64,000 nucleotides of DNA. Origin: Epiperipatus broadwayi. Lineage: Eukaryota > Animalia > Onychophora. Shown in pieces: positions 63,717 to 64,000 of the stretch. Position 1 is the stretch's first letter. Each line of letters begins with the position of its first letter. Below the pieces are notes generated by a model. The model did no database searches. It worked only from the letters and a program-made list of their open reading frames with translations, and had not been told where the DNA came from. The translations under genes were made by a program, and so were the position numbers. The DNA is taken from contig JAQFVV010000004.1 in assembly GCA_028023455.1 (NCBI GenBank), positions 6,138,001 to 6,202,000 on the forward strand. Direction: 5' to 3'.

Positions 63717-64000
63717 CAAATATTTTAAGATACCACTATAGATAATTTCCCATCAGGTATTAGAATTTTAATCTAACAAATTTTTAAAACAAAATTTTTT
63801 TTTAGTGAAGTTCCAGCAGTGCTTCATAAAAATTGTGGAATGGTAATAGGTTACAAGGAGATCTGTAAAAATATATACACCTGTGTGTATGTAGGTAAAT
63901 TTTATATAGATATGAATGTGTGTGTATATATATACACACACACACACATTAAAATTTTTATAAGATATTCCATAGTCCAGCATCATAGGGGTAAAGTATA

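Noticed and set aside
557-63986. Most remaining 60-100 aa ORFs in the track
   Set aside because: F/I/L/K/N-rich translations expected by chance from AT-rich non-coding DNA.

Overview
Very AT-rich eukaryotic DNA, most consistent with an invertebrate metazoan (roughly 25% GC by eye, not computed). It contains no intact protein-coding gene; at most there is one RS-rich candidate exon (32907-33063) and one promoter-like motif cluster (about 14270-14525). The window is mostly decayed transposons: Penelope-like elements (RT and GIY-YIG remnants), RTE and Tx1-like LINE pieces, and a full-length decayed Gypsy element (48042-56041, 5-bp TSD) with a nested hAT. It also holds a very young non-coding LTR element with near-identical 1.4-kb LTRs and two related solo LTRs, a Merlin transposase with two 8-bp-TSD MITEs, tRNA-derived SINE-like cassettes and many long foldback elements. 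The main finding is two families of small non-coding retroelements carrying minimal type I hammerhead ribozymes (six hammerheads at five loci). They have 421-475 bp monomers, terminal redundancy or tandem arrangement, 13-15 bp TSDs, a twin-priming-type inversion and palindromic stem III. These features fit retrozymes (self-cleaving, potentially circRNA-producing), probably mobilised by the Penelope machinery found in the same window. All calls were made by eye; coordinates of degraded elements are approximate.
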